A stretch of DNA of 61,729 bases. It comes from an uncultured Acidimicrobiia bacterium. GTDB lineage: Bacteria > Actinomycetota > Acidimicrobiia > Spongiisociales > JAENVV01. Below the pieces are notes generated by a model. The model ran no database searches. It saw only the letters and a list, made by a program, of their open reading frames with translations, and was not told where the DNA came from. Position 1 is the first letter of the stretch. Each line of letters opens with the position of its first letter. Shown here piece by piece: positions 27,089-36,912 of this stretch. The stretch covers positions 1-61,729 of the forward strand of contig CAZRJG010000006.1 of assembly GCA_964600365.1 (NCBI GenBank). Direction: 5' to 3'. The position numbers were made by a program, and so were the translations under genes.

Positions 27089-29431
27089 GTGCAGGCGACG
27101 CTCGAAGCCCTCACCGAGGAGGAGAAGCTCCTCCTGCTCGCCGGCAAGGACCTCTGGCACACCCACGCCGTGGAGCACCTTTCGATCCCCGCCCTCAGGC
27201 TCATCGACGGCCCTAACGGCGCTCGGGGCGCCGACGGCAACCACGGGCCCACCTCGCTCAGCTTCCCCGTCGGCGTGGCCATGGGAGCCACATGGGACCC
27301 CGACCTCATCGAGGAGGTCGGCGACGTCCTTGGGGCCGAGACCATCTCCAAGGGAGGGCACGTCCTGCTCGGCCCGACGGTGAACATTCCCCGCGTCCCC
27401 AACGCCGGGCGGAACTTCGAGTGCTTCTCCGAGGACCCCCTCCTCTCGGGCCTTCTCGCCACGGGCTGGATCCGTGGGGTCCAGGGCAGAGGTGTCTCCG
27501 CGTGCATCAAGCACTTCGTGTGCAACGATCAGGAGACCGACCGGTACGACACCGACGCGCTCGTCGATGAGCGGCCGCTCCGGGAGGTGTACCTCGAACC
27601 GTTCCGCATCGCGGTCGAACGGGCTCGGCCCTGGGCAGCGATGTCGGCCTACAACACGATCAACGGGACGACGGCCTCGGAACACGAGTTGCTCGACGAC
27701 GTCCTCCGGGGCGAGTTCGGATTCGACGGCGCCATCGTCTCGGACTGGTACGGCACCTACTCCCCCGGCGTCGCCGCGTCCGGACTCGATCTCGAGATGC
27801 CCGGAGGCGCCCGCTGGTTGGCCCCAGATGAGGTCCGAGCGGCCATTGCCCACGGTCGCGCGACGTGGGACGACATCGACCGGAAGGTCGAGCACCTCCT
27901 CATGCTCATGGAGCGTTCGGGAGCCCGGGAGCGGACGGACATGACCGAACGTGCTGAGGACACGCCCGAGCGCACCGCCCTCGCCCGACGCGTCGCCACC
28001 GAGTCCGTCACGCTCCTCACAAACGACGGGGCGCTTCCCCTCGAGCGCCCACTGCGCATTGCGGTGATCGGAGAGCTCGCAGCCGACACCCCCTACCAGG
28101 GCGGCGGGAGCTCCTCGGTCAACCCCCATCGAGTGGTCTCGATCCTCGACGGCATCTTCGAAGCGGCGGGCAGCGACACCGAGGTGACCTGGTCACATGG
28201 CACGCGGGTGCGCAAGGGCCCACCTCCGCTACCCGAAGAGACGCTCGGCGAGGGACTCCTCGTCGAGTACTTCGTGAGCGACGACCTGTCCGGCGCACCG
28301 ATCCGATCGGTTTGGACGACACGCTCCTTCATCAACCTGTTCGGCGAGCACGATGGCCCGCTCGACCTCGGCGCCTGCTCGATCCGGGTCTCGGGGACAT
28401 TCACGCCACGGCAGTCGGGCACCCACCGTTTCCGCTTCGCTGCCGAGGGCAGCCTCACCGTCACCCTCGACGACGAGACGCTTGGGTCCGACGCCGCGTC
28501 CGAGGGCTTCGAGATGGCGCGCGACCTGACCGCCGGAGCCCCGGTCACGCTCCTCCTCGAGTACCGCTCCTCCCCGGGACTGCGCTGGCGGTTCATCGGG
28601 TACGGCTGCGACGAGCCGGGGACGGAACCCTCGACGGCCGATGCGGCACACGTCGCCGGAGCCGCCGACGTCGCCATCGTCGTCGCCGGCCTCACCCTCG
28701 AGTACGAGACAGAGGGACTCGACCGCCCAAACCTCATCCTCCCCGCAGGCCAGGACGCACTCATCGCCGCCGTGGCCGAAGCCCAACCCGACACGATCGT
28801 TGTGCTGGTGGGCGGATCGCCGGTGCTCATGCCGTGGAAGGACGACGTCCGTGCCATCGTCCACGCTTGGTACGGGGGCCAGGAGGTCGGCCACGCCATC
28901 GCCGACGTCCTCTTCGGGGACGCCGAGCCCGGCGGCCGCCTCCCCGTGACCTTCCCCGCGACCTCCAAGCAGCACCCCGGCCTGCTCAATCACCCCGGGC
29001 ATGACACGAAGGTCCGCTACGGCGAGGGCGTCTACGTGGGCTACCGGGGCTTCGACCGCCTCGGGCTGACGCCACTCTTCCCGATCGGACATGGGCTCTC
29101 CTACACGTCGTTCGCCGCACGACCGGCCGCCGAGCAGTGGGATCCAGATGCACACGCCCTTCGGGTCAGGGTGTCGAACATCGGGCAGCGAGCAGGGAGC
29201 GACGTCATCAGGGTGTTCGCACGTGACATCGGAGACGTGGATCGCTCCCTCGTCGGTTTCGGCAAGGTCCGCCTCGACGCCGGTGAGACCACGGTCGCCT
29301 CGGTCCGGATCGAGCCTGACCGCCTGCGGGTTTGGTCCAAGGGGACCTGGGACCCGGTGGAGGGACCGGTCCGGTGCACGGTGGAGGGGCTCTTCGCACC
29401 CTTCGACATCACCATCCCAGCCGAACGCTGA
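27089..29431 (+). CDS. GH3 beta-glucosidase with PA14 insertion and Fn3-like tail
   Basis: DGPNGARG, GRNFECFSEDP, IKHFVCND, SDW nucleophile motif, Y.EG.YVGYR. Confidence 0.93.
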   Translation: MQATLEALTEEEKLLLLAGKDLWHTHAVEHLSIPALRLIDGPNGARGADGNHGPTSLSFPVGVAMGATWDPDLIEEVGDVLGAETISKGGHVLLGPTVNIPRVPNAGRNFECFSEDPLLSGLLATGWIRGVQGRGVSACIKHFVCNDQETDRYDTDALVDERPLREVYLEPFRIAVERARPWAAMSAYNTINGTTASEHELLDDVLRGEFGFDGAIVSDWYGTYSPGVAASGLDLEMPGGARWLAPDEVRAAIAHGRATWDDIDRKVEHLLMLMERSGARERTDMTERAEDTPERTALARRVATESVTLLTNDGALPLERPLRIAVIGELAADTPYQGGGSSSVNPHRVVSILDGIFEAAGSDTEVTWSHGTRVRKGPPPLPEETLGEGLLVEYFVSDDLSGAPIRSVWTTRSFINLFGEHDGPLDLGACSIRVSGTFTPRQSGTHRFRFAAEGSLTVTLDDETLGSDAASEGFEMARDLTAGAPVTLLLEYRSSPGLRWRFIGYGCDEPGTEPSTADAAHVAGAADVAIVVAGLTLEYETEGLDRPNLILPAGQDALIAAVAEAQPDTIVVLVGGSPVLMPWKDDVRAIVHAWYGGQEVGHAIADVLFGDAEPGGRLPVTFPATSKQHPGLLNHPGHDTKVRYGEGVYVGYRGFDRLGLTPLFPIGHGLSYTSFAARPAAEQWDPDAHALRVRVSNIGQRAGSDVIRVFARDIGDVDRSLVGFGKVRLDAGETTVASVRIEPDRLRVWSKGTWDPVEGPVRCTVEGLFAPFDITIPAER

Positions 29432-30839
29432 TGCGCCGACTCCTCGTAGCCCTCGTCGTGGTGGCTGCGGGGTGCACGGCTGGTGCACCGACCGGCACCG
29501 AGGCCCTTCCAAGTACCACGGCACCTCCTCCCTCGGTCACCCTCACGGAGTCGACGATCGACTGGCGCACCCACTCCTACGAGCTCACTCCCTTCAACAC
29601 GGTCACCAACGTGGACCCGACCACGCTCGTCGACGTGGAGTTCGCCACCTGGGTCCTCGAAAACGAGCACCTCTCGGCGACGCTCCTGCCCGAGTTCGGG
29701 GGCCGGATCATCTCCCTCATCTCCAAGGACACCGGACGAGAGCAGCTGTACCGATCTCCCGTGGGGGTGCCGTACCAGGTAGGGACCGGGGTGTTCTTCT
29801 TCGACTGGCTCATGGTGTACGGCGGGATCTTTCCCACCTTTCCGGCGCCCGAACACGGCAAGGCGTGGTTCGTGCCGTGGTCGTTCCAGGTCGTCGAGGA
29901 GGCACCCGACTCCATCACCGTCGCGATGTCGTTCACCGACACCGAGGACTACCCGCTCTCCCCTCCCCGCTACGACGGGCGGGCAACGGGGCTCTCCGTC
30001 AGATGGATCCTCACCCTCGAATCGGGTCGGTCTGCGATCGACACCGAGGTGGTCATCGCCAACCCCGGCGACGTCCCCGTCCGGTTCGAGTACTGGACGA
30101 ACGCCACCCTCGCCCCCGGGGCGGCCCCCCTCACGCCGGTGGCATCCGCCGCGACCGAGATCGTGGCACCCATCGCGTTCGTGAAGATCCCGTCCTACTG
30201 GACTGCCATCGCAGCCAGCGAGCAACGCACCGGAGTCGCGGAGGTCCACGAGTTCGATCGGCTCCGCAGGTTCGGTGGGTGGGACGACCTCGGCATCGCC
30301 TACGCATGGCCCGACGTCCGCGGTGGACGCGCCTGGGGCGCCATCAACCGGGAGAACGGCGACGGGATCATCCGGATCGGCGACAACGCCATCACGCCCG
30401 GGTTGAAGATGTGGACCTGGGGCTACGAGCGCTCCCTGCGCCGCTATCCCCCGAGGCCGGGCCCTACGTGGAGTTGTGGGCCGGGCTCACCCGGGAGTTC
30501 TTCACGAGCACCACGATCGATCCCCTTTCCGAGATCCGGTTCCCGGAGGCCTGGGCGGTCACGTCCGGGCTCGAAGGAGTGACCGACGCCGACGGGCACT
30601 TCGTGGTCGACGCTCGGATCACCGATGATGCGATCGAACTCACCGCCGCTGCGTTGGGAGGCGCCACCGAGGCGACGCTCACCGCCTCCGACGCCGCCGG
30701 ACCGCTCGGAGACGTGGCCGCCGAGATCGGACGCTATGCCACGCGGGTCACGATCCCCCTCGATCGACCACCCGACGGACCGATCGAGGTCGTCCTCACC
30801 CGACCGGACGGATCCTCCCGCTTCATCCTGTCGCCATGA
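29431..30839 (+). pseudogene. DUF5107-like lipoprotein, frameshifted near 30430-30465
   Basis: Lipobox AAGC; LENEHL..TLLPEFGGRI; KMWTWG in one frame continues as PYVELWAG in another frame. Confidence 0.7.
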
Positions 30840-30886
30840 GGCGGGCGCCTCCCCGGGGAGGTACATTTACCCGGAGGAGGAACCAG

Positions 30887-32587
30887 ATGCCGTCCAACAG
30901 GGTCGCGCTGAACGCCGACGTCGTCGGGTACAGCGCGCTCATCTCCGACGACCTCGCAGCCATGACCGAGACCATGCGCACCTTCCATGCGCTCGTCGAG
31001 ACAGAGGTCGTCGCACGGGGAGGAACCCTTGCGAACTTCGTCGGCGACCAGTTCATGGCCCTGTTCGACGACGCCATCGATGCCCTCGGCGCGGCCATCA
31101 CGATCACCAAGGCGGTCGAGGAGCACAACGCCACCCTGCCGGTCGAGCGCTGGGCCCGATTCCGCATGGGCCTCGACGTCGGGCCGGTCGAGGCGACATC
31201 GAGCGGCTACCACGGCGACGCCCTCAACATCGCCGCTCGGGTCCAGGCAATCGCCCCGGCGGGAGGGATCTCGGTCTCCGGGCGGGTCTACCAGGCGATC
31301 GACGAACCGGAGTTGCGCTTCCGGGCGGTCGGCAGGAAGCGAATGAAGAACATCCCCGAGGACGTGGAGGTGTACGAGTTCGTGGACCTCCCCGCCAGTG
31401 GGACGGGCGGGAGCCGGAGTTCCCTCGACCTCGACAACCCCACGGTTGCGATCCTCCCCATCCACACCGACCACGTGGATGACACCGTCCGTTCCGGGGC
31501 CGAGGTCTTGCGGGCTGATCTCGTCCACCGACTCTCACGTGTCCCACAGCTCACGATCATCGACGCACAGACGGCGAGCGGCACCCGGGCGCCTGACCTC
31601 AACGCCCGATACATGCTCGAAACCGGGGTCCACCAGTTCGGCGAGAGCGTGCGCATGTTCGCCACCCTCTTCGACGTCGGGACGATCAACGTCGTGAAGT
31701 CGCACAAGTGGACGGCGACGATCGGTGACCTCGTCGCCACGTCCGACGAGATCGCTGACGAGGTCGCGCGATCCCTCGAAGTCGACCTCATCATCGGTGA
31801 ACCAGCCCAGCTCTACGCGAAGTTGGAGGATCCACGGGCGATCGAGCAGATCTACTTGGGGTGGTACCACTTCCGATCCGACGTCCCCGAGGAGTGGGCC
31901 AAATCCGTGGAGCTGTTCGAGGCCGTGCATCGCTCTCACCCCGAACTCCCGTACGGCGCAGTCCTCAAGGCCTACGCACTCTGGATGGGCACGACCAACG
32001 GCTGGACCCCCGATCCGGATGCGGCACTCGACGAAGCCCATGAACTCGCCGTGTGGGCCCGGGATCTGGGCGATCCCACAGGGATGAGCAAGGCGCTCGA
32101 GGCCGCGGTCGCCATGTCCCGCGGTGACAACGACGCCGCCCTCGCCGCCCTCGAAGGACTCTCCGAGGTACGACCCACGTGCGACGTGACCTACGCCTTG
32201 GAGGGATCGGTACGGCGGTACCTCGGCGACTGGGAGAGGGCCGTCGAGGCGTGCGACGTCGCCATGCGGCTCACCGGACTCAACAAGCCGTGGTACCCGA
32301 CCGTGAAGGCTGCCTCCCTCTTCGTCGGGGGTAAGACGAACGAAGCGGCGATCCTCGCCCAAGGGGTGCTCGAGCACCAGCCGCACAACCTCGAGGCCCT
32401 GCTCGTCCTCGCAGCCGCCCAGGTGGAACTCGGCCTCGAACGACGAGCCGCCGGGACCGTCGACGCCATCCGCGAACGCTTCCCGTCCGTCGACGTCGAG
32501 GACTGGCTCGACAAGACGCCCTATCAGCGGCGCGAGGTGGTCGATCGATGGAAGGACGACCTGGCGACCGCCGGCGCGATCACCTGA
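30887..32587 (+). CDS. Class III adenylate/guanylate cyclase with TolB-like and TPR domains
   Basis: GGAGGAGG RBS; ADVVGYS, GD.FMA.F and GDALNIAAR motifs; P.VAILP; TPR helices. Confidence 0.85.
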   Translation: MPSNRVALNADVVGYSALISDDLAAMTETMRTFHALVETEVVARGGTLANFVGDQFMALFDDAIDALGAAITITKAVEEHNATLPVERWARFRMGLDVGPVEATSSGYHGDALNIAARVQAIAPAGGISVSGRVYQAIDEPELRFRAVGRKRMKNIPEDVEVYEFVDLPASGTGGSRSSLDLDNPTVAILPIHTDHVDDTVRSGAEVLRADLVHRLSRVPQLTIIDAQTASGTRAPDLNARYMLETGVHQFGESVRMFATLFDVGTINVVKSHKWTATIGDLVATSDEIADEVARSLEVDLIIGEPAQLYAKLEDPRAIEQIYLGWYHFRSDVPEEWAKSVELFEAVHRSHPELPYGAVLKAYALWMGTTNGWTPDPDAALDEAHELAVWARDLGDPTGMSKALEAAVAMSRGDNDAALAALEGLSEVRPTCDVTYALEGSVRRYLGDWERAVEACDVAMRLTGLNKPWYPTVKAASLFVGGKTNEAAILAQGVLEHQPHNLEALLVLAAAQVELGLERRAAGTVDAIRERFPSVDVEDWLDKTPYQRREVVDRWKDDLATAGAIT

Positions 32588-32597
32588 GCCTGGCCGC

Positions 32598-32891
32598 TCA
32601 GCCGTGCATGTCGGGTCCGGCCGCGAGGCGAGCCCGGGTGAGTGCCTCGAGCACGTCGGCGTAGAGCGGAAGTCGCCCTGGCGCGCAACACCCCACCTGC
32701 AGGCTCCCGACCTGGGATCCCGCGTCCTCGAGGAGTCCGGCGAACGCGTCCGGGCTCACGTCGACAGCCTTCGCACGAACGATGGTCTCCCGGAGCGCCG
32801 CCATCCGCGGACTCCTCCCCGGCTCGCAACAGAGCCGATCGAGTTTCTCCACGGTGGCGAGGGCGTCGTCGAGTAGGGGGGTTGCGTCCAT
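32598..32891 (-). CDS. Small helical protein with two CCxPGR motifs
   Basis: 97 aa; LCCEPGR and GCCAPGR; coding-like codon usage. Confidence 0.65.
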   Translation of the reverse strand: MDATPLLDDALATVEKLDRLCCEPGRSPRMAALRETIVRAKAVDVSPDAFAGLLEDAGSQVGSLQVGCCAPGRLPLYADVLEALTRARLAAGPDMHG

Positions 32892-32927
32892 GGCGGCATC
32901 GTAGGAGCAGGCCCGAGCTCTGCCGAC

Positions 32928-33316
32928 GTTTCCCGCCGGCGCATCGCCCTCTCCACGATCGCCCTGATCTCGCTCACCGCCCGCGGGTCCGGGACCGGGA
33001 CCGACCCGGGTACGGACATCCCCGTCCAGGATCCCGAGCTCGTCGCGGCCGGCGAACCGCTCTACCAGCAGGACTGCGCGTGCTGTCACGGCCCCGACCT
33101 CCCGGGGACGAAGGGCCCATCGCGCCTCTCCATCGTGTACGGCGGGCCACCGCGGAGACATCGCGTTCGTGCGCCTCCCGCAACAGGGTTCGGGCCCACC
33201 ACCGGACGTTCGGGGACATGGCACCCGTCGAGAGACTGTCGGTCGCCGACCTCGAGGCGATCGTCGCGTTCGTGCGCGAGCAGCAGCGCATCCTCGGGTT
33301 CGAGCCGTACCCGCCG
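32928..33316 (+). pseudogene. Decayed cytochrome c lipoprotein gene
   Basis: GEPLYQQDCACCHG (CxxCH at 33075-33089), then GDIAFV and RAHH..FGDM...EAIVAFVRE..R..GFEPYPP in two other frames; no start codon; degenerate lipobox LTAR. Confidence 0.7.
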
Positions 33317-33453
33317 GGATGGCGGACTCGACGCCTGGCCTCGGACCGACCCCGGGCGGTGCCCCAGGAGCGCGCAATCTGCGGGGAACCTGCTCGAACA
33401 CCGCAGATCGCCACGTGATCCGCGATGATCGTGCTCATGTACCCGGAGGAGCC

Positions 33454-34296
33454 ATGTACGACATCGCCCTGACAGTCCAGTCCTGCCTGCGAGCAGGTAC
33501 CACCGTCCATGTGGCGTGGATCGTGGACGGGGAGACACCCCCCACCGAGGCCGTGGCGATCACCCCCGGGGGTGGACGCATCGGCACACTCCGCGGCGGC
33601 GCCTTCGACGTCGACCTTCCTGACCTCGTCTCACGAGTCGGTGACACGGGAGGGGTGATCGACCTCGAGGTGGGCCCGCTCGCGGCCATGGTCGGGGACC
33701 TCGAGCAGGGGACCATCGTTCGGATCGCGATCGCCCCCGGGGCGCTGCTCCCGGCGGGTTCATGGGAGGCGATCGTCGAACGCCGACCTTTCGCCTTCTC
33801 GATTGGTCTCGATCGCGATCGGTTCACCGATGCTGGCCCGGCCTCACCGACAGGGAACCGATCGACGATGGTCGACGGCCGCCTCGAGGTCTCCCTCTCC
33901 CCCACCTCGAAGGTGGTCATCGCCGGAGGAGGGCCCATTGCCGAGGCGATCGCCGCAGCCTTCGGATTCGTGGGCTGGGAGGCCGATGTGGTGCCCGAGG
34001 TGAGCGCCGCGACGGGGATCATGGCGACGCTCTCGTCATCAGACGCCATCGTCGTGATGGGTCACGACATCGAGATATCCGGACGCGCACTCGAAGCGGC
34101 GGTCCGCTCGAGAGCGGGGTACATCGGCTCACTTGGCGGCCAACGGATGCAGGAGATGCGTCGGGAGTGGATCACGTACCGGGGAGCAGCCTGGGACGAC
34201 CGAGTGCACGGTCCCGCCGGGATCGACATCGGTGCCGAATCAGCTCCCGAGATCGCCATCTCCGTCGTCGCCGAGGCCATCCGTTCGCTGCACTGA
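33454..34296 (+). CDS. XdhC/CoxF-family Moco maturation protein
   Basis: GGAGGAG RBS; GYIGSLG and HGPAGIDIGAES.PEIAISVVAE motifs. Confidence 0.85.
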   Translation: MYDIALTVQSCLRAGTTVHVAWIVDGETPPTEAVAITPGGGRIGTLRGGAFDVDLPDLVSRVGDTGGVIDLEVGPLAAMVGDLEQGTIVRIAIAPGALLPAGSWEAIVERRPFAFSIGLDRDRFTDAGPASPTGNRSTMVDGRLEVSLSPTSKVVIAGGGPIAEAIAAAFGFVGWEADVVPEVSAATGIMATLSSSDAIVVMGHDIEISGRALEAAVRSRAGYIGSLGGQRMQEMRREWITYRGAAWDDRVHGPAGIDIGAESAPEIAISVVAEAIRSLH

Positions 34297-34359
34297 TCGG
34301 GCGCCTGCCAAGCGGATTGGAGGTCACCACTGCTACATTCACCACACGGACTGCACGAC

Positions 34360-34602
34360 ATGAACGACTCCTTCCCGACGCCAACCACCGCAATGTGGTC
34401 TGCCCCCTCCGACGAGCAGACGCTGGCCGATGCCGAGTGCAGCCCGACGAAGACCTGCCGCAACATGGTCGGCATCTCATTCGACGGGTTCGCCGACCAG
34501 GGCGGGGACATCCGGGACGCCTGGAAAGCGACACTCGCTGCCGAGGGGAAGCTCGGAAGCGGCTCCATCGCGGATCTCGTCCTGGGCGACGCGGGCTCCT
34601 GA
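34360..34602 (+). CDS. Small hypothetical protein (80 aa)
   Basis: High GC3 codon usage; sits between the xdhC-like gene and coxD on the same strand. Confidence 0.55.
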   Translation: MNDSFPTPTTAMWSAPSDEQTLADAECSPTKTCRNMVGISFDGFADQGGDIRDAWKATLAAEGKLGSGSIADLVLGDAGS

Positions 34603-34619
34603 GCCCCGGTCCTACCGCT

Positions 34620-35501
34620 GTGCCATCCCCCCTCCCCGAGGACGTCGCAGAACTCGACGCCCTCCTCAGGAGAGAGGGCTACCTCTCCGATCGGGGCCTC
34701 ACCACGGCCACCTTCATCGCCATTTCGCTCGGACGCCCCCTCCTGCTCGAGGGTGAGGTGGGCGTCGGCAAGACCGAGCTCGCCAAGACCCTCGCGTCGA
34801 TCTTCGGACGTCGGCTCATCCGCCTCCAGTGCTACGAGGGTATCGACACCTCGCAGGCGTTGTACGAGTGGGACTACGCCCGGCAGATGCTTCAGATCCG
34901 CGCCCTGTCGGAGGCCGATGCAACCGACGAGCACGCGGTTGACGCGCTTTTCGGCGAGAAGTTCCTCCTTGAGCGGCCGCTCCTCGAAGCCGTGCGGGCG
35001 GGCGGCAACTGCGTGCTCCTCATCGACGAGGTGGACCGGGCCGACGACGAGTTCGAGGCGTTCCTCCTCGAGCTGCTCTCCGACTTCCAGGTGACGATCC
35101 CCGAGGTCGGCACGATCAAGGCGACATCACGCCCTCTCGTCGTGCTCACCTCGAATCGGACGCGGGAACTCCACGACGCCCTCAAGCGACGCTGCCTCTA
35201 CCACTGGATCGACTACCCGACCTCGGAGCGGGAGGAGGAGATCGTCCGCACGCGCATTCCGGACGTGCCCGAGACGCTCGCCGTCAAGGTCGTTGAAGCC
35301 GTGCACCGGCTTCGGGGACTCGAACTCGCGAAGCCGCCCGGCGTCGCCGAGACACTCGACTGGGTGCAGGCCTTGCGCACCATCGGCGCCGGGGAACTCG
35401 ACGAGGAGACGTTCTTCGACACGCTCGGTTCAGTCGTGAAGGACCGCGACGACTTCGACGTCGTGGAAAGGCGTGCCGGGAGCATCGTCGGTGGAGGCTG
35501 A
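34620..35501 (+). CDS. coxD: MoxR-type AAA+ ATPase CoxD
   Basis: LLEGEVGVGKT, LIRLQCYEG, LLIDEVDRAD and TSNRTRELHDALKRRC motifs. Confidence 0.88.
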   Translation: MPSPLPEDVAELDALLRREGYLSDRGLTTATFIAISLGRPLLLEGEVGVGKTELAKTLASIFGRRLIRLQCYEGIDTSQALYEWDYARQMLQIRALSEADATDEHAVDALFGEKFLLERPLLEAVRAGGNCVLLIDEVDRADDEFEAFLLELLSDFQVTIPEVGTIKATSRPLVVLTSNRTRELHDALKRRCLYHWIDYPTSEREEEIVRTRIPDVPETLAVKVVEAVHRLRGLELAKPPGVAETLDWVQALRTIGAGELDEETFFDTLGSVVKDRDDFDVVERRAGSIVGGG

Positions 35502-36621
35502 CCGGGGGCTCCTCGGCACCCTCCTCGACTTCTGCGCGACCCTCCGCGACCACGGGCTCCGGGTCGGTACCGACGACGCCCTCACCTTCTCCACCGCAGC
35601 AGCCCTCCTCGACCCGAGCCGCCTCGAGGACCTCTACTGGGCCGGCCGAGCGACGCTCGCCCGCAGTCGGGAGCACATCGGGGTGTACAACGAGGTCTTC
35701 GCCCGATACTTCTTGGGAGGAACCCCCGACCGCGAGCCTGAGGAGTGGAAGGTCCCTGCGCCCGCCCGAGGCTCCGAAGCCATCTTCGACGTTCCCTCTG
35801 GCGAGAGACCCGAGGAGGGCGACGACGAGCAGGGGGCCCGCCTCGGCACCGTCGCGGCCGCAGTGATCGTGGACCACACGAAGTCGTTCTCGGAATGCAC
35901 CGAAGAGGAACTGGAGCAGCTCCGCAGGCTCATCGCCACCCTCCGGGTCACGCCACCCCTCAGGAGGACCCGGCGCCAGCGGTCGGCACCGGCAGGGCGG
36001 CGGCTGGACATGCGACGGATCGCCCGCGAGACGATGAGGGCCCATGGCGAGCCGGGAGACCTGTGGTGGCGCCACCGAAAGGAACGTCCCCGGCCGCTCG
36101 TGCTCATCCTCGATGTCTCGGGCTCGATGGCCGACTACTCACGCAACCTCCTCCAGTTCGCCCATAGCACCACGCGGGCCACAGGGCGCGTCGAGGTGTT
36201 CTGTTTCGGTACGACGCTCACCCGTATCACGCCGGCACTTCGCCGGAGGGATCCCGACGAGGCGCTGGAACAAGCCGGGGAGGAGGTCCGGGACTGGGCC
36301 GGCGGGACATTCATCGGCGCAGCGCTCGACGAGTTCGTCCGACGCCATGCCAGGAGGGGCATGGCACGGGGCGCGATCGTGGTGATCTGCTCCGACGGCC
36401 TCGATCGGGGCGACCCGGCCCTCCTCGACGCCGCCCTCGAACGGCTTGGGCGCCTCAGCCATCGCATCGTGTGGATGAACCCGCTCAAGGGTGACCAGGA
36501 GCCGTTCGCGCCAGCGAGCCTCGGGATGTCGGTGGCAATGCCCCACGTCGACCTCATATGGTCCGGGCACAACTTCGCCAGCCTGCAGGAGTTCGCCGGA
36601 GCGCTCCCGAGGATCCGATAG
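35491..36621 (+). CDS. coxE: VWA-domain protein CoxE
   Basis: DVSGSM MIDAS motif, F.FGT.LTRIT, W.GGT.IG, SDGLDRG and WMNPL. Confidence 0.88.
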   Translation: MEADRGLLGTLLDFCATLRDHGLRVGTDDALTFSTAAALLDPSRLEDLYWAGRATLARSREHIGVYNEVFARYFLGGTPDREPEEWKVPAPARGSEAIFDVPSGERPEEGDDEQGARLGTVAAAVIVDHTKSFSECTEEELEQLRRLIATLRVTPPLRRTRRQRSAPAGRRLDMRRIARETMRAHGEPGDLWWRHRKERPRPLVLILDVSGSMADYSRNLLQFAHSTTRATGRVEVFCFGTTLTRITPALRRRDPDEALEQAGEEVRDWAGGTFIGAALDEFVRRHARRGMARGAIVVICSDGLDRGDPALLDAALERLGRLSHRIVWMNPLKGDQEPFAPASLGMSVAMPHVDLIWSGHNFASLQEFAGALPRIR

Positions 36622-36633
36622 GAGACACAGACG

Positions 36634-36912
36634 ATGAGATGGAGCATCTCACTTCGCGCCGACGGCGATCGGGTCATGGAACTTGCCGAGATCGTCGCGC
36701 TCGCCGACGCAGTGGCCGCCCACGACGGGATTGCGAGCGGGATGGGAACGATGAGCTACGCGGCGCAGATCGTCGTGGAGGCTCCGACCTCCGATGAGGC
36801 CGTAGACAAGGCGATCCCACTCTTCAGGGAAGCCGCAACGACGGCAAGTCTCCCTGACTGGCCCGTCGCCTGGGCCGAGTCCATCGCCGACGAAGAGGAC
36901 CTCTTCGAATGA
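36634..36912 (+). CDS. Hypothetical protein (92 aa)
   Basis: AGGAG RBS; ATGA overlap with the next gene. Confidence 0.7.
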   Translation: MRWSISLRADGDRVMELAEIVALADAVAAHDGIASGMGTMSYAAQIVVEAPTSDEAVDKAIPLFREAATTASLPDWPVAWAESIADEEDLFE

